Positions 26,101-40,700 of a DNA stretch of 64,000 nucleotides are shown piece after piece (the stretch's first letter is position 1; each line of letters opens with the position of its first letter). A model generated the notes under the pieces. It saw only the letters and a list, made by a program, of their open reading frames with translations. It had not been told where the DNA came from and ran no database searches. The stretch is from Paragordius varius. Its lineage: Eukaryota; Animalia; Nematomorpha. The DNA lies in the NCBI GenBank assembly GCA_964247055.1, contig OZ176055.1:4092001-4156000 (forward strand), given 5' to 3'. The position numbers and the translations under genes were made by a program.

Positions 26101-27890
26101 AAACGCTTTAAAATATGATGCTGGAGGAAAATATTTGGTATAACACGGAAGGACAAAGTGAAGAACATCGATATTGCAAACAGAATCAACACACAAACAA
26201 CGCTACGTGGTAAAATAACCAAACAAAAATTTGGTTATTTTGGACCCATAATTCGACTTTAAAAAAATATAATGTTAGTAAAAGTAAATGTCAAGAGAGG
26301 AAGAGGCCGAAGGCGTATTTGTTGGATGGACAAAATTTTATTATTATCCAAAATATTTCTAGAAAAATTATCTCAAAAAGCTCATAACAGAACACAAAGA
26401 AAGTTCTCCTATAAAATGACTAAAAGTAGTTGATCGACTAGATGCTCTCATCAACAACATGGTGTCAGCAATGAAAAAACAAAATTTTCGAAATTTATAG
26501 AAAAAAAAAATATTTAATGTGTATAAAAGACCATAATTTGAATATATATGTTTTGTTAAAACGCATGATCCAATGCAAAAAACATTTTATGAATTTTTAA
26601 AAAATATATCCATAAAAACTTAATAGTGACCTAAGCAAATTTTTTTGGCCACTTATGACCTATAATACAAAATCGTGAATTGTCTTTCATACTCATATAC
26701 ATTTTCAGTGTGTTTGTAATGTAGAGTGAAAAGAAAATAAATATTGATACAAATCAAAAGGGTTAATTAATATGATTGAACACTTATAGTATTATAATAA
26801 AAACGAATAAATTTATGCAACTAAATTGGTTTTGTGGTAAGCTTTTAACTGAAATCAAGTGTTAAATTTATAAAAATACCTTCCAAAATCGCAAAGTTTG
26901 AGGACACTTGTTTCAGGATCCAATAATAAGTTTTGTGGTTTGATATCACGGTGGCAAATACATTTGAGATGAATGTAATTTAAGGCTCGAAACAATTGGT
27001 AAAGATATAACTATAAGCGAAAACCATTATTTTTTACAAAGATAAAAAATTATCATAAACTTACAATTGCAATAATAGTTAAAATTTTAAAACTTTAGGG
27101 CATAATTTTGAAATACGATATTAAATACCTTAACATATATTAGGGGTAATGATTGTTTTGACTTAGAGTAATGTCGAGCCACACGATATACAGTTTCAGG
27201 TACATATTCCAAAACAAGATTAAGAAAAACATCATCTTTCTGGATTGTTTTATTACAAATAAATTAACCAAATTAGAATTCATAGTTGATATATGATTAA
27301 TTTAAATATACGATATAGTAATTTATTTAGGTACCTTCTCGCCGGTGCAATAAAAATAATATCGGAGTCTAACAATGTTACAATGGTATAACAACATCAT
27401 AATCTGTAATTCTCGGTTCTATATAAAAAATATATCATTAAAAGAATATATAAAATACAACTTAACAAGTCCTCGCAATAATTGACCAGCAAAAGTTTTT
27501 CAAAAAATGTTTAAACAGAAAATAATAATAAAATGACTATATAAGCTTGCTTTATAATTAAAAATGACAAACCTTAAATCGTTTATCCTGAAGAACCTTT
27601 TTAATAGCCACCAATTCACCCGTATCTACAAGCTTTGCTTGGAAGACTACACCAAAACTACCATTACCAATAACCTTAGTATCTGTATAAGCAATTTGTC
27701 CTGAGTAATTTTTTTCATTGACTAATTCGGGAAATACATTATTTTCGGGCTCATTAAACTCTAGCGAATGAGCTAAAACAGTAGTAATTTTATTTCCACT
27801 AGATGCTCCGTTTACGGATGAAGTCCCGTGATTATTGTTTGTACTGTTGATATTTGATAAATTTGTTGAATTTTTTTGGTTGTTAGGCAT
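22741..27890 (-). CDS. GSK3: Glycogen synthase kinase-3 (shaggy), 478 aa
   Basis: Exons 27890-27573, 27418-27335, 27239-27129, 27010-26880, 24991-24885, 24174-23981, 23735-23549, 23045-22741 total 1437 nt in frame. Motifs [55 protein letters not shown]. Confidence 0.97.
26030..26450 (+). mobile_element. 3' fragment of an RTE-clade LINE in a GSK3 intron
   Basis: Decayed frames read [39 protein letters not shown]...YFGPIIR...[12 protein letters not shown], typical of the RTE C-terminus. Confidence 0.8.
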
Positions 27891-28399
27891 AATAGAGCTG
27901 TTTCATCAAGAATTATTTAGTAATATTACGGTAAAGATATTAAACCTAATTAGATGAGATATAAAAATACCTTTAATATCATTTTAAAAGGGCAAAAAAT
28001 GCTATCAACAAATCAATAATTTTCCCTTATAATAATGACAATGATCAACTGTTTTTCATAAATGGATACAAACTGTAAAAAATTTATTGAAAGAATATTA
28101 AATTCTATTTTTTGCATAGAAAAATAAAATATATGTATAAAGTTAACTGGACCTAAAAATTATAGTTTTTTTGAAATATTTATAGTATTTTATTTTACCA
28201 GTTTAATTATATATGATCAGGCAAAAAAAAAATTTATACCTTTACTTTAACGATTAAATCAAAAAGAGATTATTAATTTAAAGGTTTTAAACAATATTTA
28301 TCTTGAATACAAATTTTAGTAAATTTCGAACAACATTTATAAATTAATTTCCAAAACTCTTATGTTAACAAATATGGGTTAGTTACATATGTCTTTCAA

Positions 28400-31300
28400 A
28401 TGTTTCAAATTTTTCGAAATTTTGGTTATCCGACGTTATACGGGCCTATATCTTATGAATATGATCCTTTTTTATTCAATTTTGTATGGTTTTCTAATTC
28501 TATAATTATATCATTCTTGGTTATCTTAATTGGAGTTAGAGGGAAACAGGTTTCAAAAATTTAATTTTAGCGTATCCATACATTCTTTTATGGCTGTTTT
28601 TCATTGGCAATTGGGATCCTTATCATATGTAAGCACATATTATTGTTATAAAAAAATTAACACCTTTATACATTAAAAAAATGCTCGATTGCATATTGAA
28701 CGGTTCTCAATATGGTCATATTTATAAAATCATTATTTTTTCTAAATTATTAGTTTATTTGCGCATTACTCATAGGTACTTAAGTTATATTTTTCTTTTA
28801 GCTTAAGCAATAACTACAATTTATGATGTAGTACGATTTCCTTGAACTTGAAAAACATTTATAATTCAACGAAAGTTATAAAATAAGTTAAACACTTGTT
28901 AATATTATGCTAAATCAAGTGGAAATAGTTATGTCAAAAAACCTATATAGTTAAATATATGTTTATCTGGATTTAAGATTATTTTTTAGTATGTAAATTT
29001 CCTAAAATATAATAATTATCTATTTGATATGCTTATATAAGTAAAATTTTTTATATAAACATTTAAATTAGCCCGGATTGATTAATGTTGTCTGAAATTT
29101 TATTTTTACATAAATTAGATGTCTTTAAATTATAATTATATATATATATATATAAAACGATTTGTTGGTTTGGGACTCTTTTATCGGCCAAAATATAAGA
29201 TAAGATAAATTTGGTTACTAAATGACATTTCTATTTTTGAATGCATATAATATGGGCAATTAATTTCTAAATTTTTTCAAACATATATTTTAAGACAGAA
29301 TCCAAGGTTAATTTTAGCAAAATAAATAATTATGTGACACAAAATTAAATTGTATATTGCATTTTAAGGTATTTTTCAAACTTTTAAATGTGATACAAAG
29401 ATATTGACATTGACAATGAAATATATATGTTTTAACACGTAGTATCAAAAAAAGATCTCTTTTCAAAATTTAAACCTAAAAATATTAATTTAATTTAACA
29501 CGCTTTTTTTGTTCGTAACTATATAATGTTCTATTGTTATCGATACTTGCTCTTGTTATTGTTTGATCGAAAGATGGGTAATGCAATAATTAAAAATAAA
29601 CTGATAAAACATACAGATAACTCGCTTTGAATAAGTCGACAATTAAGTTATGTCATTAAATGTGATAACTAATGGTTTCAGTAAATATTTTTTGCATTCA
29701 GATTTAAAACTGTCACCGAAACTGCCGTTCATTTTTTACATGCTTTTAAATTATATTCAGAAATCTGGAATGAATGATAGATTTAATTTGGGTGTTACAC
29801 AAAATATATGACTTTTTACACCTTTTTGCGAATAGTCAAATATTTGGTTTGCGGGAATTTGGGGCGTTTATATGCAGTATTATAAAAAAATTATTTGGAT
29901 GTAAATAAAATTATAAGGTAGTTATTTCATTAATGGCAAATAAAATCATTGGTGTAGTCATACGTTTTTACTAGTTTTTTAATAAAATATGTAATTTATC
30001 AACTAATGATTCAAAATATTGTTGATCGGCTTCGATAGCCGCGCCAAAAAAACTGATTGTCATTTGAGGCATATCATTAGTCAACCAATTATCCAACGTC
30101 TTAGAATTTATTGAGGTGCTATCTGCGAACGTGTGCCCCCATCGCAATGTATTAGTCATTTAGGAAGGAAAGTTCAACGAATGATGAAAAATTTTTCATC
30201 GAACTCATTGCAAGGTTCTTTTCACTTTTGTTGTGTGAGACGGAGAAATACCGTGTAACAAAGTCACTTGGCCATGTCTTTCTCATTTTTCGGTTAATAT
30301 AAGGTTATAAATTATAATTTGTTAACGATAGCGTTATATATTTACGGTGTGCCGGGCTTATAGAGTTTACAACCAATACCGCTATGGACCCACCAGACAC
30401 CAAGCATGTCTTTTTGTCAAAGCGATTTGGCCTTGGTATTGATGAACCGGCTTGGAAGCCAATATTTTTTCCCGTCTTGGATTTATAAAATAAACTTCTA
30501 TTTCTCATCACCAGTCAAAATTCGAAGCAAAATTGATTTCTTTTCGTGACGCTGAAGCAGGATTTCACCAGTCACTTTAAAATTTATTGATCCTTTTCAT
30601 TGCTCGTAGACGTATGCTGATAGTTTTTACATGTACTTCTGTCTGCTGCTGAGTTTACTTGGTCATAAAATAACTCTTGCATCTGATAGGTTATGCGGTC
30701 TACTAGAGCGCCTACTATATTTCACATTTCTAAATTTTAACATTTTTGAAGCCATACTCACATATGTTTCTACCAGCAAACAATGAATTGTAACAGCCTT
30801 TTACTTTTGATCGTATGAGAAGAGTAATGCTTGCTGCAAATGTTCTTTAGGCACAAACCTAATGATTACTGATGATAAAAATAAGACGCTATCTTTGGTA
30901 AATCCAAATTTTGGGTGTTTGTAGTTTAATGTCAGATATACAAAATGGGCTGTGTGTCAAACTAATCGTCTGTCTACTTTTCGCTCACGTCCTCTTTTAG
31001 TTAAACGGTAATGACTTATGGTGCACTTGTTTTGTTAAACTTATACGATTTGTTTTATAGATCATATTAACAAACGTAAATAAATAAACAAGTTAGTAAT
31101 AGTAATGAAATAGTCATTTGATAGCATATTTAACTCTAATTAAGCAAAAATTAATCGTTTTATCATATTTTGTTTATACTTAGTAAAACAATTTGATTAT
31201 TATTTATGTTATTTAAAGTAAAACAATTTGATTATTTATGTTATTTTATTTATTTACGAAATACTAGCATTGATTTATCACCTTAAACGACTGTTTTATA

Positions 31301-34300
31301 GGCGGCCGATCAGTTATTATTTTTTGATTGGAAGTTAAGATTACTTGCATTTAACTGTAAATACTAACTTTTTATGAAACATCTATTAATTAAATTTGAT
31401 TTCACATATCAATCAGAAATATAATTTTATTGAATTTTAATATAATTGAATTTTCAATTTTTTGATATTATATTGGAAAAATTGACTCTTTTCATTGAAA
31501 TTATCATTAGTTTGCAATCATGCATATGAATGGGAAACAGGGTCAGTCATTATCACTAGTCATCAACTAAGTCGCAATAAAAACCATGCTGTAATTTCGC
31601 CTATAATTAACACAATTAATGTTTCAACGACGGACAGAAATTCGCAAAGGAGGCGCATTAATTGGCCGTTAAACCAAAGAGTTTCATTGCATATTGGATT
31701 ACGTGGGTTTAATATCACCTTACGTGAATTGGGTATGTTTTTTTATATAAAGCATAAGCGTGAACATATTGATGTGCTACATTACTTTAAAATGACTAAA
31801 ATTAATAAAATACGTTAGTGTATGTTAAATAATTTTGAAATAAGTTTAATACATTTTAAGTCTTAATTTTAATTTTTATATTTTAATACATAAATTTTGT
31901 TGCATTCCCGTTTCAAACAATTAATAATATTTTTGGTTGAAATATTCGATTTTTGAATCCAGTTATATTTTAAGGTTTTTAGTCACAATTTTTGAACATC
32001 GCATACTTATAAGTTGAGTAGGTTAAGTTTTAAATTAATAATAGGATATGCACTAGGGATAGACACTTATAGAGATTTGTTTTAATCTATTTAATTATTT
32101 ATTTACTGCATTTTTATTGCTTAACTAGCCCTTGAATGCTTTTATACTTATTAAGTCTCCATTTTAATTCTATTTTGTTGCAATCTTTAATTAGTAAGTG
32201 TGTCCAAAAATAATCAACTTTGTGTATATTATAAAAACACTAAATATTACTTAAACCAGTGGTTAAAAGGGGGCGCGAAAAAAATTGGAAAATATAATTA
32301 AAAAATAAAACTAGAAACAAATTTAAGGATTTCAGGTGCGAATTATCAAGATTTCTCACCGATATGGGAAAAATATTTTCAGAAAATGTAGATATAAGAA
32401 TTTCATTGATTGAGATTTTTATATATTATAATAAATTTTACATTTTTATTTTGGATTTTTTTGAGAGGGGGGGGGGGACGCTACAATTTTTATTTTCAAT
32501 TTTGTGGGGCGTGAACAAAAAATGGTTGGGAACCACTGGACTTAAACCATACGTCATTAACAATTAAAGCATTTCTGAAATAGTCTTCTTTTGGATGCAT
32601 GATTTATATAAAAGAGGTAATATACTATTTACAATTTATCACCCTTAAACAATAAAAATTCTCCCTAAAAATAAATTATGTGTTTTCGGGCTACTATAAC
32701 TCATTATTAATATGAAATATATCTTTATGGTTTACTTTATTATTTTTTCAGTGTTATTATAATTACAAACAAAATTTTATTTTTTATAAATATAAATATA
32801 TAGGTAATATTTAATTTTAAAAAACACCTATTTAATTTAGGGTGAATTCGAATTGTTCGAGGGTGAATTTGAATTGTTCCGGGGTGATTTTGAAGTGTAA
32901 ATGGTATATATGGTATTAGTGTCATTTATATAACGATTTTAATTCAGAGTTTTTTATTTAGAAAATGATGATGATAAATTAATATCACTGCCAAATAATG
33001 TAATTTATATGCAAAATAATTTTGCCAATTCTCACTTGCCAACAAATACTGCTAAATCAACCATTTTAAATAATACTGCCCAATCACGAAAGTCCCTATC
33101 TAACCATAAATCTCTCTTGAATTATAATGAAGCTTTCAGATGGGATTGGGAACAAGGTATAAAGTTTTTTCCTTAAAAATTGTAATAAAAAATGCTGTTT
33201 AATTTACGGTAAAATATGTCTAAATCACATTTATATATACCTGTTTAATCTTGGAATATATATCATATCTAGGTATTTTGGTTCACAATTCACCACTAGA
33301 AAGTAAATTATCCCGCACTTATTACAAAGGTCTTAAGCAAGGAATACCGCAACCAATTATTACAGTGGCTCAATACTTTTTATTAGATGGGGAGCTTATG
33401 AGGTGGGCCAGATACTATAGGATAGCTGGATATTATGGATTCATTCTTACCTGGTATACATTATATTTTGCTGTGTTTTTCTCAACTTTATGTAGATAGC
33501 CAAAAAAATTTGAGAAACCGTCTAGAAAGGCATTAGATATACTTAATAAAGTCCCATTGCTAACATTTTAGTGTTAAATTTAGGTTTTGATATATATCTA
33601 AAAAAGTTTATGCTCAATATACAATTATTAATCAACATTATATCTATATATTTTTATGAGCATTGAATTATGTATACTGCGGTGTTTACCATATATAGAA
33701 CGAAAAAAATTTCAAAATTACATAATAACGCATTTTATTGGTAAATTTTATAAAAATATTTTAAGGAAAATTAATTAATATTTATTTACATTAGTCCAAG
33801 AGATGCTTACAATAAGTGACACACACATATATATATATATATCATTTTTAATAATTTTTTTAATTGAAAACCTAAACCATAAAACTATATATCGATATGT
33901 AAGATAAAAATATATAACCCGAAGTTATTGATAATAACTAGTAACATAAATTATATTTTTCTAAGAAATGCTTACAGTGTAACATTAATTCGTGAAAGTT
34001 GATTTTATAGATAATTTTTTATTATATTTACACATAGTTTGTGATATTATGATAATTAATTTTTTTTATACCTTCGTATTATGTAATATCTTAAATTTTG
34101 AGATAATTGCAGCATTTGTCTTGGAATCAGTTGCAATACTTTGCTCATAAATATTATAATATATAATGATATATGTTTAATATTTGTGTCTTATATATTT
34201 TTTCATTTTACCATTTTTTTGATGATATAATAAACTCATTTAAAATTAATGTGGTCGTCATTTGCCCTATTTACAATTAAAAAGAAATTATACGGACAAA

Positions 34301-36961
34301 ACGTAAAATTATAAAAACAATTGTTTTTAAATAACCATAATTAAACTTGATTTTTTTAAAATAACTCCTTATTTTTAATTGCAAAATATGATATAGATGT
34401 AGCAACTCTTATATATTTTACGATTGTAATATATAGATAAAATCAATTAAAAAGTATGGCTGTTTTTCGAAAAAAATATTTGTCTTGATATTTTTACGTT
34501 TAGTCTGCATAATTTCAATGTTTACTGTAAAGGGACAAATATATATTGTTTTTTATCCAATTTTATTTTTAGGTTAGCTTTTCCATGTTGGATCCTGGCG
34601 AATTTCCTCATATACATTTGCATTAATTACAGTGGGATATGTTGGATGGCTTGTGGTTTAAGCTTGTTGGCCTGTGATGGAATATTTTGGTTTTATCGAA
34701 CGATGCATTACAAACCGCTCATTATACATATTGAGGGACAACTCATGACTCTGCATTTGGGATCTACGTTTTGGATTGTTTTTGTTACCGGTATATCTTT
34801 ATGACATAAACACATTTAATATCTTATTTTAAGGGGAATATTGTTTTATTATACCTTATTATGAATAGTTTTATTGCGACATGCCAGTTGTTTTATAAAC
34901 TCTTAGAACATTTTTGATTTCAACCTTTAAAGTTTTTCCTTTACCAAGAAACCTATTAAAATTTGCCCTAAATAAATACGTTGCTAGGCTGACCTATAAT
35001 TTGGGTAAAAAATTGGGTAAATTATCATCTTTTGTTTAATAATTTAAATCTGTTCTTTGAATTTTTTATCCTTTTTTAATTGCGTCTATTTTATTATATT
35101 TATAAATAAACCAAAATTAAATGGCTGTGTTTAGTTGTATATATATGTTCGAGCCTTAACTTATTATATGCCTTTTTACTTTCTAAAATAAAATATTAAT
35201 GAATAGGTATTGTGAGTTGTATGATTGGCCTAATCATAATTATTGCCGATTACAAATGTTACAATGAGTTGATGGCTTTTTTCGGAATCGATGTGTTGCA
35301 AGAATATGAAGATTATTACGCAGGTTTTTATACAAAATTTTTCTTCTCCTTCATTAAATGAGCGAAAACATGTGAATAAAACTTGCGTTCAAATTTCCTA
35401 AATATTTTATTAATGTTGTCGTTGATAATTAAATTACCTATGTTAAGTTTTAATAAAATACGAGTTAATTTTAGGTAATTTAGTATTATATTAAATAAAA
35501 GATGAATACCTTAAACGTATTTTTTTATAAAATGGGTTTAAAAATCCATTTCTAAAAAGAATCGAAAAACTGTCAACTTATTCGCACAAAAAAAAGTTTT
35601 AATGAGTTACGGTTCCACATCTCAATCAAACGCGATACCTTTTCAATTACTTAAAGCACTATTATTTCTATATAAGATTTTTAAAAATTTGCTGTGTTTG
35701 TTTTTCCTTTCATATATTTTACCATATATCCTAATAGATCCAAGCGAATTATTAGGCTCGAAATCCCCTTCGCAAAAACCAATTATTTCTGATTCCTCAG
35801 ATTTGGAAAAATCTGCTGAAACTAACACTTGTGTAATGGCTACACATGCAAGGAAATCGACACCTAAATTAGCAACGGAAAAATGCTCCGATATTATAGA
35901 CAGCACTATAACTAAGAACTCCCGTAGTCAAACTTTTACAAATATGTCCTGTTACCTACGTACAGACCTAATCAAAAGCTCAAACATTTGTGATAGTCAA
36001 AAAAATTCAGTATTAATCATTATATGTATATACAATTTTTTCGGTTTTTCGTGGGAACATTTATAAAAAAATTTATCTGGATTTTTTTACATTTGACAAA
36101 GTTTAGTCGTAGTGAACTTAAATTAATGTTTTAGTTTGATTTTTGCTCTCACAAAATATTTTGTCACAATTTAAATAAATGTTTTTTAGATTTTAAAAAT
36201 TTGAAAAAAATGATTATTATACATTCAGATACCTGTACTAAAGAGAAGAGGAACTTCGCATTCATTTCTTTATAGGAAGCAACGAAAAACGCCCATAAAT
36301 AGTAAAAATCCCAACACTATGTTAGAAAATGCTAAATCCCATATATTACCGACTCGATCAGTTCCACTTGATTTGGAATCAAACTATGATCATTTCAAAA
36401 CGGCTCAACATTTTAGTAAATATTTCCATATTTTACCTTAAAGATAAAAGCAGGGGACAAAACAAATTCAAAAGCATTATCCAACTGTTTTATAAATAAA
36501 AAATAGGTTAAATGAATTTATCGTCTTTATAATACAATATGTCGGCATTTCTTCATTTTTTATATATTTTATTTAAATTAAAGTTTTAATTAAACTAGCT
36601 CGTAATTTTTTTCTCCACATGTTTGTTAATGTTTCGCGGAATCATTCAGATTTTTATATTAACATATCGTTAAATTTTTGATAATAAATTAGAATCATTT
36701 GACAAATGTGAACCGGAACCAAAATTATTCAAACCCCAATAAAGAAAGAAATTAAGATTTGATCCATATATAAAAGTTTTTATATATAATTAATATTCAA
36801 AAACATCCCCATTTATAATTAATTTTTTATAATTTTTTAAAAAAAAATAATTCATTTTAGATTTCCAGAATAACAAATATTCTAAACCAATTTGTGATGA
36901 TTTGGTTTCCGATAATGCCAATCCTACTCTAAGTCCAATTAAAGAAAATTCTTATATTTAA
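28400..36961 (+). CDS. DUOXA: Dual oxidase maturation factor (DUOXA/NIP/DOXA-1), ~566 aa
   Basis: Exons 28400-28549, 28571-28628, 31511-31732, 32962-33156, 33273-33453, 34573-34790, 35207-35323, 35738-36009, 36229-36415, 36861-36961 (last two less certain). Motifs MFQIFRNFGYPTLY, LIGVRGKQ, LHIGLRGFNITL, NYNEAFRWDWEQG, KGLKQGIPQPI, RWARYYRIAGYYG. Confidence 0.88.
29948..31030 (-). mobile_element. Near full-length decayed mariner (Mos1-like) element in DUOXA intron 2
   Basis: Broken minus-strand frames: FVP-KEHLQQALLF; EILLQRHEKKSILLRILTGDEK*; SSIPRPNRFDKKT; VTLLHGISPSHT; IEADQQYFE. These are colinear with Mos1 transposase. Degenerate TIR remnants near both ends. Confidence 0.85.
32257..32539. 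mobile_element. hAT-type MITE
   Basis: CAGTGGTT...AACCACTG(G) flanked by the direct repeat ACTTAAAC (32249-32256 and 32540-32547). Confidence 0.8.
32623..32906. mobile_element. MITE, TACCATTT family (short type), copy 3
   Basis: TACTATTTAC...GTAAATGGTA, TA flanks, same core and 21-bp repeats as the other copies. Confidence 0.85.
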
Positions 36962-37763
36962 TAATAGCAATAAAACTTTTTTGAATCATATCATACATAA
37001 TATACTTATATCTCATATCACAGCCATTTTATTATTTTATTCTAATATTCTCATAATTATATATATAGTGTAATTTATATTACTATTGTTTATGGAAGTA
37101 TTAGGATATATTAGTCTATATATCCCCTATTATCTTATTACAATGCTCATTTTTCCTTATTTCAAAAATCAAAAATTCAAACATTTTCAAAATTCATTAT
37201 TTAATTATTTTTATAATAAATAATTTGAATTATTTATCTTGATAATCTATAATGGGAATTTTTAAGGAATACCGGTTTTAATAAAGAAAAGGCATTTATT
37301 TAATTATATTTTAAAAGCAAAATAAATTGCGCTATACTGCAGTTTAATTAGGTATATGTCCGTAGTTATTGACACAATAAAGGCAAAACAGAACCTTGCA
37401 TCTATGCATCGATTTATAGGACGCGTTCAATGTACTCACTCAACCCTATCAACCAAGAAGTCGGTTGATTAATGCTTATATGCAAAAATTAATTAAAGAT
37501 CTGATAAAAGAAAAAAATGCAAAAATAATAAAGTCCATATAACCAGATATAAATTTAGGTATTTAAAATTTATGATTTGAGCAAAAATGTACATAATACA
37601 TTGGTTAATTATATGTAAACCTGATGGTATAAACAAACCAAAAATTATCTTTGATATATATATATATATATATACAAAAAAGAAATAAATCGAAATTCGA
37701 AAATTCATTCATTCAATAAAATTAATTAATGGGAAAAATGTATTTTTTGACTATCACAAACGA

Positions 37764-40700
37764 TCAATGATGAAATAATCGTTGAGGGGTAAATACAAGC
37801 GTTAAGCCATAATCATTTGCCGCTTCGATAACCAACTGATCGTTATGTGAACCGGCCGGGGTTGCGATATACTTTACTCCAGACTGCGCGATAAAAATAA
37901 AAATTTCAAATTAAATGGATTTAAAATATACCACCTTAGGGTTGGTTTTAACAAGTATTGTGAATGAATAATGTAATTATGGTTGTTAGTGTGACCGCAT
38001 TTGATTAACTTGTCGTATAATTTGTAAATATGGAAATTGTATGATATAAAATAATAAAATTAAAATAACATTTTACCGTTTAAAAAATATATTTTTAAAT
38101 TTTAAGTAAGTGTTATAAGTTTATGTCTAGTACAATAATTTAAATTGGGTATTTCGTTTTATTTTATATATCTACTTACATTAGTTTTATCTATTGACTG
38201 GTTATGACCGTAAATGACTGCTTCCATAATCATCCAATAAAACATATCAAAAACCTAACCCTAGTGAATAAATGTAAATATATGAACGCACCTTAACTGC
38301 CCTGTCTATACTGTCACGGAAAGGGAAAAATGCATCGGATGATAGACATACTCCAGAAAGTTGTTTAAGCCATTCACGTTTTTCTTGCTATATTTTTTAT
38401 AACACAAAATAATTTGTGTAAGTTGTAATATTAATAAAACTTAAATAATTATAAATATAATGTTTTTATCCATACTCTAGTTAGGGGTTCTGGTGTTTGA
38501 GAAAACACATGTAGAGCTTGTTGATATGCTAAATCATTCTAATTATTAAATTATACGTATTTAAATATAAAAATTAAATAATCTGTATTAATTTAGTTTT
38601 GGCATATAATAAAAAAACCGGTTAAATAATAAATTTCAATTTTAGCACTTAATATCTTTATTTACCTGTAATTTTTTGATATTAGCTGGTTGGGTATTTA
38701 AAAACAAATATATAAATGAATGTAAATATGCACCAAATTAGTGGTATTATACCATTTAAACAGTTGATTTATAACTTCCCGTCTCCATATAAAATTACTA
38801 TAGTAAAATTTTACACAAACAAAACAAAAAGATAAGATATTATATACCACACCAAATAAATAATTACAATTAAAAATTTATTTGTCTAACATCCATTTAT
38901 TAGTGAACCAATATATTTCAATTTGTATTAAAAATTTAAAATTATTACGTGATAATCTTCATCTTCAAAATCAGTTGTAATATACGTATCAATCGCATTA
39001 ATTTTTTCGGGTCTTTTTACTCCGGGTTTAAAGGACAAATTCAATACTTTGGGATGATGTCGTAACCACCTAAAATAGCGATTCGGCAAAAAATGAATTT
39101 TTTTTATTTAAAATACGGTAAAGTTAATAATAAAAAATAACAACAAACTTTGGTTAGTATACTCAAACCGCGGCCCTAAAAGTCTTTTTTTATGACCGTA
39201 AATTATTTAATTTTTTGATGTACTTTTTTTAAGTATAAATATCAGCAAATGTGTCAAAGAACTATGAGATCCCTTGAGACAAGATTAAAAGGTGTGGCCT
39301 TTAAATTTTTATAGAAAAATACTCAAAATTATAAAAACAAAGCAGACAAAGAAAAAAATATATATTAAAAAACCATATTTTTAAATTTTTGATAAACATA
39401 ACCTAACAGTTGGGGCCGCAAAATAAGAAAGATATATTAAATGGTAATCTTAATTTTATCTTTTAGAATTGTTATCATTTAGGTTATATAAAAACAATCA
39501 AGTATCAAAAGTTGCATTTCTCCAAAAAATAATGGAAATTTTATATACCATTTACAGTTCAAATTCACCCTTGAACAATTTAAATTCACCCTCTAACAAT
39601 TCAAATTCACCCTTGAACAATTCAAATTCACCCTCGAACAATTCAAATTCACCCTATTAATAAATTATGTGTTTTCGAACTAATATAACTTATTATTAAT
39701 ATAAAATATATCTTTATGGCATAATTAATTATTTTTTTCAGTATTATTTTAATTTAAAACAAAATTTTATTTTTTAAAAATATATTAAAATATAGGTAAT
39801 TTTTAATCTTAAAAAACATGTTAATTATTTGAGGGTGAGTTTGAATTGTTCGAGGGTGAATTTGAATTGTTCAAGGGTGAATTTGAATTGTTTAAGGGTG
39901 AATTTGAATTGTTTAAGGGTGAATTTGAACTGTAAATGGTATATTTTGTCTTTATAATAATTTTAATTTTTATGAGTCTAACCAATTATCAGCCTTTTCT
40001 CCAGCAAGTCGTGTACAATGTATTCGTGATTGCTGACCAGCCCCTATACCTATAGTTTGCCCTTGGTAGGCATAACAAACCGAATTTGATTGTGTATATT
40101 TTAACGTTGTGGTCGCCATCATAAGATCTCTCAGAGCTTCGCCAGTTAACTAGTAGTATTAAGGAAAATATATGATTTTTGTCAAAAAAAATTTTTAATT
40201 AATCATTCACATTTCATTTAATATTTCATTCCGATTTACAAAAAAAATATAATCATATACAAGACAAGTACTTTTTGTAAAAATGACCATACTTTTTTGT
40301 TTTGTTACCAATTTATATCTCTATTTCTAATTTTGCAACCCAAAACCATAGGGTATATTAGAAATTATAGAAATATGGTTGTTCTTATAAAAATATTTCA
40401 CCTATTTATCCTTTTATGATTAACAAGAAAAAATATTTACATGTTTATTGGTGGATACAATGTTTGAAAAAAATTGCGAATCAATTTGTATATCATTTCT
40501 TGGCTGTTCTAACGTTAAGCCAAATATATTTTTTCGTTCAAGAATAGTTTTATCAGGGTAGTAAGTTGGATCGATCTAGTTGAAATAAAAAGATTCTATA
40601 TAAGTCTGTTAAAAGTAAATTTATAAAAATTGATAATGGGAAAAATTATAATATAATAGAGTATAAACATATAAGAATATTATTTTTATTAGGATGTTTT

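Noticed and set aside
16938-27890. Vang next to GSK3 as a Wnt-pathway cluster
   Set aside because: They are convergent, act in different branches, and I know of no conserved linkage. Adjacency alone is not evidence.
28820-28860. Minus-strand GNRTTS as the missing GSK3 Ser9 exon
   Set aside because: It is followed immediately by TAA, has no usable donor, and lies inside a DUOXA intron.
39469-39660. ORF with SNNSNSP repeats
   Set aside because: Translation of the MITE 21-bp array.
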